A DNA stretch of 64,000 nucleotides from an uncultured Gemmatimonadales bacterium (GTDB taxonomy: Bacteria; Gemmatimonadota; Gemmatimonadetes; Longimicrobiales; RSA9). Under the pieces are notes generated by a model. That model saw only the letters and a list, made by a program, of their open reading frames with translations. It was not told the origin of the DNA and did not search any database. The position numbers and the translations under genes were made by a program. The stretch covers positions 224,001 to 288,000 of the forward strand of contig CAWCRS010000001.1 of the NCBI GenBank assembly GCA_963798085.1, given 5' to 3'. Positions 8,987 through 19,632 of the stretch are shown here, one piece after another (position 1 is the stretch's first letter; each line of letters opens with the position of its first letter).

Positions 8987-11701
8987 TCAGCGGTCCGGCT
9001 GGTTCTCCGTCACCTTCTTGGGCTCGGGTTTGGTCGGATTCTTCACGTACTTGTCCAGCCAGGCCGTCCACCTCGCCCACAGGTCGAGACGCGTCTCCAG
9101 CGCGGCCGGGCCGTGATCCTCATACGGGTAGAGGTACATCGACACGGTCTTGCCCAGCCCGTTCAGTGCCTGGAACAGACGAGGCGAGTTGATCGGGTCC
9201 GTGCCCACGTTCTGGTCGTGCAGGCCGTGATACATGAGCAATGCGCCCTGCAGGTTGGTGGCGTACAGCATGGGCGACATCGACAGGTACACATCCTTCG
9301 CCTGCCACAGATCGCGCCGCTCGTTCTGGAAACCGAGTGGCGTGAGTGTGCGATTGTAGTTGCCATCGCCGGCGATGCCCGCCCGGAAGAAAGGCGTGTG
9401 CACCATGGCGTTGACCGTCGAGAACGCGCCGTAGCTGTGACCGCCAATGCCAATGCGCGAGCGATCCACGAGACCGCGCTTGTCCAGCTCATCGATGGCC
9501 GCGGCCAGGTTGTTGCGCAGGTCGTTCTCGTAATTGTTGTTCATCTCGCCCGTGGCGCCGACAATCGGCGCATCCGGCTCGACTACCGCATAGCCCAGCC
9601 GGGCGAGGAACTGCAGCGACGCAATGTTGAAGCTCTGGAACGCGTTCTTGTTGAACGTGCGCGCGCCGCGATCGTACTCCTCCTGGCCCGCGTACTCGCG
9701 CGGATAGAACCAGAACATCGCGGGCGCCCGCTGTCCCTGCTGCCAGCCCACGGGCATCATCACATTGACGCGGAACTTGAAGCCATCCGGCCGCTCCACC
9801 GTGAACGCCTCGCGATGCGCATTGGTGAGATCGGCCGTGTAGTCCTTGTTCTGCGTGAGCTGCACATCGCGGCCGCCATCGTGCAGGAACTGCTGCGTCA
9901 CCTGCATGGGGCTTTCGCGCGAGAGCACCAGCTTCGATGCATCATTGTCGAGCACGGCCGACACGCTCTCCGAAACACCGTTGTTATTGCCCTCGAAGAC
10001 CCGTGTCTTCTGACCCGTGCGGATCGCGACCCTGTCGATGAACGAGCGGGGCGCCACCTGCAGCGGGTCCTTGTCGTACTGCATGCCCTGGTAGTAGACA
10101 CTCGAGCCGTCGCTCGAGAGCAGCACCGCGCCCGTACCCGCGCCGCCGCCGCGGCCGAACCCGCCAAAACCACCCCCACCGCCCACCGTGCCGGCCGCCG
10201 CCACGAGACTGCCCGGATTCGCGTAGATGTCGTCCGTGCGGTACTTCGCGAGCGTGTACTTGTGGCTGGTGTCGCTCAGGTAGAGTGCGGTTTCCGTCGT
10301 GGCAGGACCCTGCCGCTCGGTGAAGAAGAGCACGCTCATGTCGGGCGAGAAGCGATGCCCCTGCATGCGCGTGTCCTGCTCGTAGACGATCTTGAGACTG
10401 GCCGGCGAATTGTCGAACGGCGCCAGCCACTGCATCACGCGATCCTTGCGCCGCGGACCGTTCTGTCCCCCCTGCCCGCCGCGGCCGCCCGCCATGTCAT
10501 CGGACTGCGCCGTGTCCTGCTGTCCGGGTGGCAACGCCTCCTGCTCGAGGAACGTCAGGCCCTTGCCATCGGTGCGCCACGAGATCTCGCGACGCTGCAG
10601 GTTGGCGTCGCCACCCGGTCCGCCGGCGCCCGGCGCCGTAACCGGATTGTCAGCCTGCACGCCCAGGTTCAGCTCGCGCTTGTTCAGCTGCGCCAGCACC
10701 TTGCCCGACGCATCCCACACTTCCTCGACGGTGCCGAAGTTGGCGACCGGCACCACGTAGCTGTACGGCTTGACCATGCGTGTCACGCGCACGTACTGGC
10801 CATCAGGCGAGAAGTCGATGCTCGTGGCCATGGTGGGCGCGCCGAACTTCGTGACCACGCGACTGGTGACATCGACCAGCGCGATCTGGCCCGTGCCATC
10901 CCAGTCGAGCAGCGCCTGGTCGTACGGCGTAGCCATCAGGCTCGCGTAATTGCGCAGCCGGTTGCGATCGGATTCCTCCGCCACCTTAATGTGTGGACCC
11001 ATCGGCTGCGCCGGCTCGACCGGCATCGCCGGCCGGTTGTCCGGCACCAGTACCGTGGCAACACGCTTGCTGTCCGCGGTCCAATCAATGTCGGTCACCA
11101 GTGTTGCGAGCACCGAGGTGCGTGTCACCTGCCGCGACTTTCCCGTCGCCGCATCGGCTACCCATATGTGCGTGGCATCATCGCCCAGCACGAAGTACGC
11201 GATGCTCCTGCCGTCGGGAGACCACTTCGCATTCGACACACGCGCACCCGGCGGAATCTGGATCGCGCGCTTCGATCCGTCCTTCGCGGAAATGATCTCG
11301 ATCCCGACATTGCTGCGGATCGTGAGATTGCGATCGCGGTTGCCCTTGTAGTCGATGAACTCGCCACCGAGGTCGTGGAACGGCTTCGAGAACAGCGGCA
11401 TCTGCACCGGACCGTCGCTGATCTCGTGCAGGAACCACTGCCGGTCCGGACTCAGGTTGCCCAGGGACACGTTCAGATAACGCGGTGCCATCACCGCATC
11501 CAGGATTTCCTTCGGCGGCTTCGCGTAGGTCTCCTGCTGGATGATCTGCTCCGCCCATCCCGCGGCCTGCGTGCTGGCGCCGCCCGTGCTCTGCTGCGCC
11601 GACAGCACCACCGGCGAGACGAACAGTGTGAGGACCGCCGTGTGTGCGAGCGCGCGGCGGGTGACACGTCGCGCCACAGGGAACGCACGTGGACGAGTCA
11701 T
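8987..11701 (-). CDS. Secreted S9 (prolyl oligopeptidase family) serine peptidase
   Basis: GGAGG RBS before ATG 11701. Signal peptide, WSPDG/FSPDG propeller repeats, nucleophile GGHSYGAF, HG..DQN and EDH triad segments. Confidence 0.9.
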   Translation of the reverse strand: MTRPRAFPVARRVTRRALAHTAVLTLFVSPVVLSAQQSTGGASTQAAGWAEQIIQQETYAKPPKEILDAVMAPRYLNVSLGNLSPDRQWFLHEISDGPVQMPLFSKPFHDLGGEFIDYKGNRDRNLTIRSNVGIEIISAKDGSKRAIQIPPGARVSNAKWSPDGRSIAYFVLGDDATHIWVADAATGKSRQVTRTSVLATLVTDIDWTADSKRVATVLVPDNRPAMPVEPAQPMGPHIKVAEESDRNRLRNYASLMATPYDQALLDWDGTGQIALVDVTSRVVTKFGAPTMATSIDFSPDGQYVRVTRMVKPYSYVVPVANFGTVEEVWDASGKVLAQLNKRELNLGVQADNPVTAPGAGGPGGDANLQRREISWRTDGKGLTFLEQEALPPGQQDTAQSDDMAGGRGGQGGQNGPRRKDRVMQWLAPFDNSPASLKIVYEQDTRMQGHRFSPDMSVLFFTERQGPATTETALYLSDTSHKYTLAKYRTDDIYANPGSLVAAAGTVGGGGGFGGFGRGGGAGTGAVLLSSDGSSVYYQGMQYDKDPLQVAPRSFIDRVAIRTGQKTRVFEGNNNGVSESVSAVLDNDASKLVLSRESPMQVTQQFLHDGGRDVQLTQNKDYTADLTNAHREAFTVERPDGFKFRVNVMMPVGWQQGQRAPAMFWFYPREYAGQEEYDRGARTFNKNAFQSFNIASLQFLARLGYAVVEPDAPIVGATGEMNNNYENDLRNNLAAAIDELDKRGLVDRSRIGIGGHSYGAFSTVNAMVHTPFFRAGIAGDGNYNRTLTPLGFQNERRDLWQAKDVYLSMSPMLYATNLQGALLMYHGLHDQNVGTDPINSPRLFQALNGLGKTVSMYLYPYEDHGPAALETRLDLWARWTAWLDKYVKNPTKPEPKKVTENQPDR

Positions 11702-11841
11702 GTGGCCTCCGTTTGAAGCGAGCCGGCGGACGCGGCCAGGCTCGATGCGCGTGGGGGTGTTCAGTCCGGGCTTCCCAGCGGGGGCTGGGGTTGGCGAATA
11801 TGTGCAGGCCGCAGCCGCCCAGGCAAGCGGGCGACGCTTTC

Positions 11842-13326
11842 TCAGAACCGGCTGTGCAGCCAGAGCCCGACGAAGAGACCGTAGAAGAGCGCCGTCGCCA
11901 CCAGACCCGCACGCCGCCAGAAAGGCGGCCGCAGCGGCCGCGGCAGCAGGCGGGTGTTCACGTAGAGCAGGTGCAGGGAGGCGATGATCATCACGATCCC
12001 CGCCATGTTGGCGCCCAGCTGCAGCAGCACGATGGGCTGTGCCAGCCGCATGGCGATGATGCCCCACATCACGATCAGCGCCAGAACACCGTAGTAGACG
12101 ACGCGCACATCACCGCCCCGCCACGCGCGGATGCGACGGCTGCCCGTCCACAGGATGTCGGTGATGGCGCGGCTCATCCCGTCCATCACATCGAGCTGCG
12201 TCTTGAACAGGATCCACGCGCCCATGAACGCGACAATGAAGCCGAGCAGCGGACCCGCTTGCGCGGCGACAGCCTGCGGCAGCGCGGCCGCGGTGCCCAG
12301 GCCGCGAATGTCCTGGCCATTGGGCAGGAAGGAGACATAGAGCAGCGCCGGCAGAAGCATCCCGAGCAGTGCGCCGATGAAGAAGATGCACCACTGATCC
12401 ACGCGCACGATGCGCCACCAGCCTCGCCAGTGCCGCATCGATTCCGCATCCGGTGTGAAGGTGAAACCGCCGTGCGCGAGATTCACCTTCTTGCCCCCCA
12501 CCGCCGCGGGGATGTAGCCCGCGACCTGGCCCATGCCGTAGCCCTTGTCGCGTGCCCAGTTGGCGAGCGTGAGGTTGGAAGTGCCGCCCGCACCGGAGTA
12601 CGCTGCGAACGCGCCGATCAGCATGAAGTCCGCGCCCTGCGGCAGCAGATTGAAGGCGTGCGTCGTCGTATCGAATCCGACGAACCCGGCAATACCCGCG
12701 GCCCATGTGTGCGGCGCGACGAACGCAACGCAGAACAGCGTGAGTCCGCCCAGGATGCCGATGATGAGGATCCAGTTGAGCACCTCGAGCGTGCGCTCAA
12801 TGCGCCGGCCGATCAGCAGCACGCTGACGCAGGCGAGGAAGGCGACGACGCCGATCAGGTACACGACGTTTCGATCCGCCGCTGCCGGCAGCCGCTGCGT
12901 GAACAGGAAGAAGAACGCGCCCGCGGATGTAGCTGCCCATGCCGGCCAGCCCGTCTGCAGGAAGTAGAGCAGCGCGTAGAACCAGGCCCAGAAGGTCGAG
13001 TTCGGGCGCGTGCGCATGAAGCCCGTGAAGGCGGGCTCGCCGGTGGCCAGCACATAACGCACGAGTTCGGTGTTGAGGATGGTCTGCAGGAATACCGCGA
13101 TGCCTGTGACCCACAGCAGCGCGAGCCCGTACTTCACGAAGGCGGTGGGCCCCAGCAGGTACTCGCCGCTGCCGATCGAGAGACCTAGTACGATCACACC
13201 CGGCCCGGCCACGCTGATCCAGCCCAGGCCTCTGGGCGAGGGCGGCACGGGCAGCTCCGACTGCGTCCAGGGCGGCAGCCCGGACCTTGCCTCCGGCGCG
13301 ACCTGCGCGTGGTCACCCGCCGGCAT
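11842..13326 (-). CDS. Nramp-like divalent metal transporter family membrane protein
   Basis: GPGVIVLGLSIGSGEY..GP, YGLALLW, NTELVRY.LATGE and multiple TM helices. Start uncertain (13326 or 13350). Confidence 0.75.
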   Translation of the reverse strand: MPAGDHAQVAPEARSGLPPWTQSELPVPPSPRGLGWISVAGPGVIVLGLSIGSGEYLLGPTAFVKYGLALLWVTGIAVFLQTILNTELVRYVLATGEPAFTGFMRTRPNSTFWAWFYALLYFLQTGWPAWAATSAGAFFFLFTQRLPAAADRNVVYLIGVVAFLACVSVLLIGRRIERTLEVLNWILIIGILGGLTLFCVAFVAPHTWAAGIAGFVGFDTTTHAFNLLPQGADFMLIGAFAAYSGAGGTSNLTLANWARDKGYGMGQVAGYIPAAVGGKKVNLAHGGFTFTPDAESMRHWRGWWRIVRVDQWCIFFIGALLGMLLPALLYVSFLPNGQDIRGLGTAAALPQAVAAQAGPLLGFIVAFMGAWILFKTQLDVMDGMSRAITDILWTGSRRIRAWRGGDVRVVYYGVLALIVMWGIIAMRLAQPIVLLQLGANMAGIVMIIASLHLLYVNTRLLPRPLRPPFWRRAGLVATALFYGLFVGLWLHSRF

Positions 13327-13833
13327 CGTCGCTTCGGTTCTCGCGCTCACCCACGCCTCCCGTCGCAGGACCCGCGCACCACTGCCGCGCGCACCGGCTC
13401 TGGAGCTAACCCCCTGCCGTGATGCGAGCAAGTCGGCGACGCCCGCTGGTGCACACTAACGCGGCATTGGCGCGGATCCAGCCGCGTCACTGCAATGACC
13501 GGATGATTTCTCGGAATACACGTTCGACCGGCGCACCCCGGGCGGGTCTTCGATCCGGCCGACCGGGTCGGCCTCGTTGCGGCCGCGGGACTCGAGTCAC
13601 GGATCGCCGATCCGCGTGCAGCGGCGACTTCGAGCGGGACTGTTCCTGAGGTGCTCATCATGCAGCCGAACGCATGCGTCACCCACCGCCAGGGCGGCGA
13701 GAATCGTCACACACTCCAGGCCGTCGGGAGAGCCTGAGCCGTCGAGCCTGTACCACCGCTCGCTGGCTCTCGCCCGCCGTGGTATGATTGGGCACGTGCA
13801 AGCCGGCGTACGCCCTCAACGGCGAGGGTAGTC

Positions 13834-15180
13834 ATGGCGCGTTCAGTACTGGTTCCCGTTCTTGCGACGGCTCTGGCCGCCGCCGGTTGCGGCGCGGTGG
13901 CAGGGATCCTGGGCGCACCGAAAATCGTGTCGGTCACGGTCATCGCGCCCGCCGGCCTTCTCCTGGGTGACTCCGCACAGGCGACCTTCGACGCCCAGGG
14001 CGATGACGGCAAGACTCATAATGGACGACCCGTCACCTGGAGGAGCAGCGACCCTTCTGCGCTTCCCATAGACGACCACGGCAAGATGGTCGCCCGTATC
14101 GCCGGACGGACGGTGACGATCTCGGCCGAGGTCAATGGCACGACGGGAACGGCTACCGTTGGCGTGGCCAGCGACGACAGTCGCTTCGCGTATGCCCTTG
14201 CCGACCAGCCGACCGCCGCGAGCCCGTATGTGCCCGATCCTGCCAACCGGTACAACTCGAGCGGCGGCACCATCGAGATCACACGGACTGCCGTCGGCCT
14301 GTACTCGGTGCGCTTCGCGGGGCTGGGTCGGACACCCGGCCAGCGCGACAACGTCCAGGTCAGCGGCTACTCCGCGACATCGCCCACGTTCTGCAAACCG
14401 GACCTCTGGGATGCCAGTGGTCTGGATCTGCGTGTCGCCGTGGCTTGCTTTTCTCCCAATGGCACGCCCATCGACAGCCGCTTCACCATCCTGGCGACGG
14501 GCGCATGGGCGTTCGGCCAGACGGCGCCCCTCGCCTTCGCCGTTGTCATGCCGGACAGCGGCACGTTCGTGCTGGACAGCGCCGCCACAACCCGGAACTC
14601 GACCGGGGGCAACGTCCTCGAGGGTCGCGTCGCGGAGGGACAGTACGCGATGGACTTGAAGGGACTCGAGGCCGCGTGGGTCGCAGCACCGGCGGCAATC
14701 CAGGTTACTGCCATGGGAACGGGGCCCAGGCGTTGCCGGCTCATCGCCTACGATCGACCGAACGCTGGCCTCGGACTGAACTGTTCCAAGCTGGGCGGCG
14801 GCCCGGGCGACGCGCCGTTCAGCATGCTCTGGCTGCAGCACGGACGGCCTTCCATGCGCTTCGGTTTCGCCTACGCCCATCTTCCAAACACGACGACGGA
14901 CTACAACACCGACCCCACGTTTCTGATCAACTCCTCGGGGGGTTCCGTCAAGTCGCGCAAGACGGCGACCGGACAGTATCACATCGTGTTCGCGGGCCTC
15001 GGCCGACCGCCGGGTGCAACCGAGACGGTCCTGGTATCCCCTTTCATCACTACGGATCGCGTCTGCGATATTACGGCGTGGGGCAACACCGGCGTGAGCG
15101 ACCTGTTCGTCAATGTCTCCTGCGTCAACCCCTCGGGTGCAGCGACCGACACTCCCGTCAGCGTAATGGTGGTCCAGTGA
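13834..15180 (+). CDS. Lipoprotein with Ig-like domain and three ~110-aa beta-rich repeats
   Basis: Lipobox AAGC. Big_2-like VTWRSSDP..., then three repeats with NS(S/T)GG...R...G.Y...F.GL and a Cys pair. Confidence 0.8.
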   Translation: MARSVLVPVLATALAAAGCGAVAGILGAPKIVSVTVIAPAGLLLGDSAQATFDAQGDDGKTHNGRPVTWRSSDPSALPIDDHGKMVARIAGRTVTISAEVNGTTGTATVGVASDDSRFAYALADQPTAASPYVPDPANRYNSSGGTIEITRTAVGLYSVRFAGLGRTPGQRDNVQVSGYSATSPTFCKPDLWDASGLDLRVAVACFSPNGTPIDSRFTILATGAWAFGQTAPLAFAVVMPDSGTFVLDSAATTRNSTGGNVLEGRVAEGQYAMDLKGLEAAWVAAPAAIQVTAMGTGPRRCRLIAYDRPNAGLGLNCSKLGGGPGDAPFSMLWLQHGRPSMRFGFAYAHLPNTTTDYNTDPTFLINSSGGSVKSRKTATGQYHIVFAGLGRPPGATETVLVSPFITTDRVCDITAWGNTGVSDLFVNVSCVNPSGAATDTPVSVMVVQ

Positions 15181-15439
15181 CCGGCGAAGGCGCGGGCCGC
15201 GATCTGGCCGAGGCGCGCGGGAGCGGATGGCCGTGCAGGCAGGGTGAAACACGCGGTTAGTACGAGGGAAGTGGACGACTCGGGAAGTCCCTCAGACGCC
15301 ATCGTCTTCTCGAAAACATCACGAAGCAGGCGACAATGGGGCTTCCGGTCGCTCTCCGTTCCGTGATATGCACGGGATGATCGCGGTGTGTGACCGGGCA
15401 GCCTGCAGCATCCCGCCGCGGTGAGCCGCAGCGCCGATC

Positions 15440-16547
15440 TCAGCGTCCGCTTCCGGCGAGCGGCAGCTTCGCGTCGATCAGGTGCAGGCCAATGTCGTCG
15501 ACACTGGCGTTCGCGCTGGAGAGCACGACCACGCCAATGCGCGTCGCCGGGTCGAACCCGGTGAACGAGCGATAGCCGCCAGTCCCGCCGTTGTGCCACA
15601 GGACCTCGTGATCACCCACGCGCAGCACGTGCCAGTTCATCGCCACCGACAGGTTGGGATTCCCGGTCGGCTCGCGGTCCTGGTGTGTGCGTGCCATGGC
15701 CCGGCCCAGCACGGTTGTCGTGTCCGGCGTGATGCTGGCCACAATGAATGCGAGCATGTCCGTCGCGTTCGAGCGCAGCGCGCCCGCACCCGCGAGTGTC
15801 GGCAGAATGCCAGCTCGGCACCTCGCGCCCGCTCGCGTCGTGCCCGACGGCAAGCCGCGCGCCGGCGGCGGGTGTCATTGTGATGATCGTGTGTGTGAGG
15901 CCCAGCGGCTCGAGCACACGCTGCTTCAGCACCGCCTCGTAGCTCATGTTCGCGCGCAGCGCCAGCACGTGTCCGAGCAGTCCGACGGCCAGATTCGAGT
16001 ACTCGTACTGCGCCCCAGGCGCGCGCGTCAGCGTGTAGCCCGACAGAAACGCGTACAGCTGAGCCACCGTGTAGTCCGCGTATGGATCCGTGGGGTCCTT
16101 CGGCTGCAGGTTGTTCGGGAGTCGAGGGAGCCCCGAGTTCTGGTGCGAGATATCGAGCAGTGTGATCGGGTGGTCGTCATACACGGGCATGTGCACGCTG
16201 GCCGGCAGGTACTTTGACACCGGATCCCCCAGCGCCACCTCACCCCGCAGCGCCATGTCCGCCAGCAGCGTGGCGGTGAACACCTTCGTGATCGAACCGA
16301 TCTCGAACAGCGACGTGCTGTCCGCCGCGACCCCACCCGCTCGCAGCGGTCCGATCGCGACAAAGGAGCGCGATCCCGCCCCATCGACCCGCCCCACGAC
16401 GATCGCCGCGTGCGTGGGCGCGGCCCGCTCACGCAGCACCCGCAGCAGCGCACTGTCCGGCATTTGCGCGTGCACGGCGGCGGGCAGCAGGCTGAGCCAC
16501 GTGCATGCGAGAGTGTGGCGTAATATCGCCCCGGACCGTCTTGGCAT
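15440..16547 (-). CDS. Beta-lactamase-family serine hydrolase (frameshifted at ~15806)
   Basis: SxxK (FEIGSITKVFT), YSN and, in the second frame, AGALRS...WHNGGTGGYRSF. Removing one base at GAATG 15805-15809 joins the two ORFs. Confidence 0.85.
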
Positions 16548-16731
16548 TCGTGGCGTCTGATACATACCTGCCGAGCTCCTGGCTCCTCCGCTCATGTCAC
16601 AAGCGTTCCTGTCCACGTTCATGCCTCTTTTTCCTATTCCCTGCATCCCCGATCCGCATGGCGGCATCCCGGATTGTTACATGCCATGTCAATTCCGGCC
16701 ATAACCCAAGAACGCCAAGGGGGTCCGAGAG

Positions 16732-18531
16732 TCAGCGGCCCACCAGCACCACCGCCTCCAGCAGCGTCAGCTCCACACCGCCAGCCTCCGTCTTGCGACC
16801 GGTGATGCTCGTGAGCAGCAGCCGCACCCGCACCCCCGCGCTGTCCAAACTCAGCGTTAGGGGCGCCATCCCGTGACTGCCCGGCTGCGGCGTCGCCCGG
16901 GTCGCCTCCTCCAGCGCCGGCAGCACCCACGACATTGCCACGCTCATGACCGGCTGCCCGCCGCGCGTCACATGCAGTAGCGGCGGCGAGGTGTCGTACG
17001 TGAACGAGAGCGAGTCCCCGCCCAGCGGCAGGCTGAAGGGCCGCGCCAGGCTGGTGCGCAGCAGCACGTCGTAACCGGCCACATCGAGGGGCTCGCCGGA
17101 CGGGTCCGAGTAGAACGTCAGGTACTCGGACGGCTGCGCCTGCCAGCGCGTCACGTAGGCCACGCCCATGCGGTCCAGCACGGCGCGCTCGATGGGGTCC
17201 TCCAGGCCCTTCTCCGGTTCCGGCGGTCCCTGCGCCGCGGCCGCACGCAGTTCGGGCGAGGCCAGCGCCAGTGCCGCCTGCCCGTGCGTGCGCGTCAGGT
17301 AGCGCACGGTGCCGCTGATCTCGCGCCGGTCCTCCCAGGGTACGTCCCTCGTCGCCCGTACCACCTGCTCGTTCACCAACAGGCCATTGCGCATCATGAT
17401 GGCGCGCAGCCGGGTCGCCTGACTGGTGGCCGACACGTGGTACGCGGACCACGGACCCGCCATTGTCAGCAGCGCCACCAGGCACAGCGTCACGGGGATG
17501 ATGCGGATGTTGCGCGACCCTCTCGCACCGTAGTACAGCGCGATCAGCGCCAGCCACACCGCCAGCACGCACAGGAAGTAGCGGCGCTCGGTGAAGCCGT
17601 ACTGGTTGATGCGCTGCCCGATGGCCATGAGCAGCATGGCCACGGATGGCAGCAGCGCCACGTAGAACCAGCGGCCGTACACATCCACCCAGCGGTTGTC
17701 CGCACGCTCGCGCAACGGGTGCACCAGCAGCAGCGCCAGTGTCCCTGCCGCGGCCACACCGGACACGAGGTAGCCGATCCAGCCGCTGGGCCACGTGTGC
17801 GTCACGATCACGCGCACCAGGTACGCGGTGAGAATCAGCAGATAGACACTCACCACCGGAATCAGGATGAACTGCGCGAAGATCTTGAGGCCGCCCGGGT
17901 AGTCGCTGCGCTGCTCCAGCGCGGCCAGGTCCGCGGGCATGCCGCCCAGGAAGAACCACGGATGGAAGATGAACGCCAGCAGTACCCACAGCCATTCGTA
18001 CGCCCGGTCGCGCACGTGCACGCCGAACAGATGGTCGAGCGCCAGCAGCGCCAGCGCCAGCGCGGCGAACAGCACCACGGTATAGAGCGCGGCGAGCAGA
18101 TAGCGCAGGAATAACACGCGGTTGTACTGCCAGAAGCCCTGCAGCGTGGTGTTGCCGCCGAACGGCAGTACCGCAACCATGAGGTGCAGCGCTACACCCA
18201 GTTGCACGTAGTGCGTCCAGAGCAGCGTGTCGGACCAGCTCCCCGCCGCGAACCGGAACAGCAGCAGCACGCCCACGCCACCCGCCGCCGTGCCCAGCCG
18301 CAGGCGGGTATTCCAGCCTCGCCGCTCCGCGAGTGCCTCCAGTGCCGTGAAGAGCGGCAGACCCAGGGTCGCGGAGAGCAGCATGCGCAGCAGCACGCTG
18401 TCGGTGCCCGGCGACTGGATCATCGCCAGCGCGATCAGCGCGCAGAGCACCGCGGACAGCAGCGCGAACGGGAACCGCACCAGTGCGAGCCTCGCCTGCT
18501 GCGCCGCCTGCTCGACCGATAACAACCGCAT
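16732..18531 (-). CDS. DUF4153-like multi-pass membrane protein
   Basis: LVRFP..., FWQYNR.LF, YLLIL.AY, AI.QRI.QYG.TE.RY, GPWSA..VS..SQ..RL pattern. Confidence 0.75.
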   Translation of the reverse strand: MRLLSVEQAAQQARLALVRFPFALLSAVLCALIALAMIQSPGTDSVLLRMLLSATLGLPLFTALEALAERRGWNTRLRLGTAAGGVGVLLLFRFAAGSWSDTLLWTHYVQLGVALHLMVAVLPFGGNTTLQGFWQYNRVLFLRYLLAALYTVVLFAALALALLALDHLFGVHVRDRAYEWLWVLLAFIFHPWFFLGGMPADLAALEQRSDYPGGLKIFAQFILIPVVSVYLLILTAYLVRVIVTHTWPSGWIGYLVSGVAAAGTLALLLVHPLRERADNRWVDVYGRWFYVALLPSVAMLLMAIGQRINQYGFTERRYFLCVLAVWLALIALYYGARGSRNIRIIPVTLCLVALLTMAGPWSAYHVSATSQATRLRAIMMRNGLLVNEQVVRATRDVPWEDRREISGTVRYLTRTHGQAALALASPELRAAAAQGPPEPEKGLEDPIERAVLDRMGVAYVTRWQAQPSEYLTFYSDPSGEPLDVAGYDVLLRTSLARPFSLPLGGDSLSFTYDTSPPLLHVTRGGQPVMSVAMSWVLPALEEATRATPQPGSHGMAPLTLSLDSAGVRVRLLLTSITGRKTEAGGVELTLLEAVVLVGR

Positions 18532-18690
18532 GTTACCACCCGCGTTTGCCGGTGACCGCGCCGTGCCCTCGTGCCAAGGTGGACGCGAGCCGCCGTGGCT
18601 GGCAAGCCTCCGGTGGGGTATGGTACCCAAACGCATGCGCCCGCGCTCGCCAGTCCGGCGCGGCGCGTGAACTCTGCAGCCGCGCAGGAA

Positions 18691-19632
18691 ATGATTGCAG
18701 GCGACGTCTCACCGTCCATCATTGCTTCGTTCACGCCCGCGCAGCGCGTGGCCGCCGCGTCGCTGTTCTGCCGCACCTGGCCGGATCGGTTGCCCGAGGC
18801 CTCCCTCTGGGAAGCGGAGCAGGAGCAGCCCGGCAGGTACCGCTGCGTGGCGCTGAACACGACAGGCAATGTCATCGCCCTTGCCAGCGCCTGGCACACG
18901 GGTGCGCACAAGTTCCGCATGGACCTGGTCGTGGAACCCGGACAGCGCCGGCGAGGACTGGGTAACATGCTGTTGGAGCAGCTGCTGACCGCTGCGCAGG
19001 CCATGGATGCGGCCACCCTGCAGGCCCGCGCCGGCAGCGACAACGCCGCGGCTCTCGAGTTCCTGCAGCGGCGGGGATTCCGCGAGACCATGCGCATGCA
19101 CTGCATGTCGCTGCGCCTGGAAAGCGCCGGCACGCCGGACTCCGCGGACATCGAGGACAGCCTCGCGGTGCACGGCATATCCATCACCACAATGCAGGCC
19201 GAGCTGATGCACGGCGACGGCGACTTCTGGGGCAGGCTGGGTGAGGCCTATGATGCGGCCGGTGACGAATGGCCCGATCCGGATCCGGGCGGTCCGAGAG
19301 AACCGCTCACCGCGGAGCGCGTTCGCGAAATGCTGAACCGCTGGCACGTGATCCCGGAGGCTCTGTTCGTCGCCCGCCATGACGCGCGCTACGTGGGCTT
19401 CACCGGGCTGGGACGTGCCAACCGCTCGATCGGCACCGGCGTGCACCCGCAGTTCCGCAACCTCGGCATTGCTACGGCGCTCAAGCTTCGTGTGCTCGAC
19501 TACGCACGCGCGCACGGCATCACGCAGCTCGAGTCCGCCAGCGGCAATCCCGCCATGCTGCGCGTCAACGGCAAGCTCGGCTTCCGCACGCACGCCATCG
19601 AGGTCCGACTCGTGCGCAGGCTGCGCCCATGA
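18691..19632 (+). CDS. Tandem GNAT acetyltransferase
   Basis: Two acetyl-CoA motifs (V.P..RRRGLG..LL; TGVHPQFRNLGIATALK...N.AML.VN.KLGF). Start uncertain. Confidence 0.85.
   Translation: MIAGDVSPSIIASFTPAQRVAAASLFCRTWPDRLPEASLWEAEQEQPGRYRCVALNTTGNVIALASAWHTGAHKFRMDLVVEPGQRRRGLGNMLLEQLLTAAQAMDAATLQARAGSDNAAALEFLQRRGFRETMRMHCMSLRLESAGTPDSADIEDSLAVHGISITTMQAELMHGDGDFWGRLGEAYDAAGDEWPDPDPGGPREPLTAERVREMLNRWHVIPEALFVARHDARYVGFTGLGRANRSIGTGVHPQFRNLGIATALKLRVLDYARAHGITQLESASGNPAMLRVNGKLGFRTHAIEVRLVRRLRP

Noticed and set aside
8849..11716. 955-aa plus-strand ORF, and similar long antisense ORFs (e.g. 32521-34548, 38989-41253, 47743-49683, 60148-61848)
   Set aside because: They lie opposite well-supported genes and have no motifs. 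Long shadow ORFs are expected in high-GC DNA.
13440..13830. Small ORFs or ncRNA between the Nramp-like gene and the lipoprotein
   Set aside because: No convincing RBS, protein motif or recognisable RNA family.
15440..16547. Calling the frameshifted genes pseudogenes or programmed frameshifts
   Set aside because: All are single +1 events with otherwise intact motifs and share a strand-specific context independent of gene direction, which favours an artefact.
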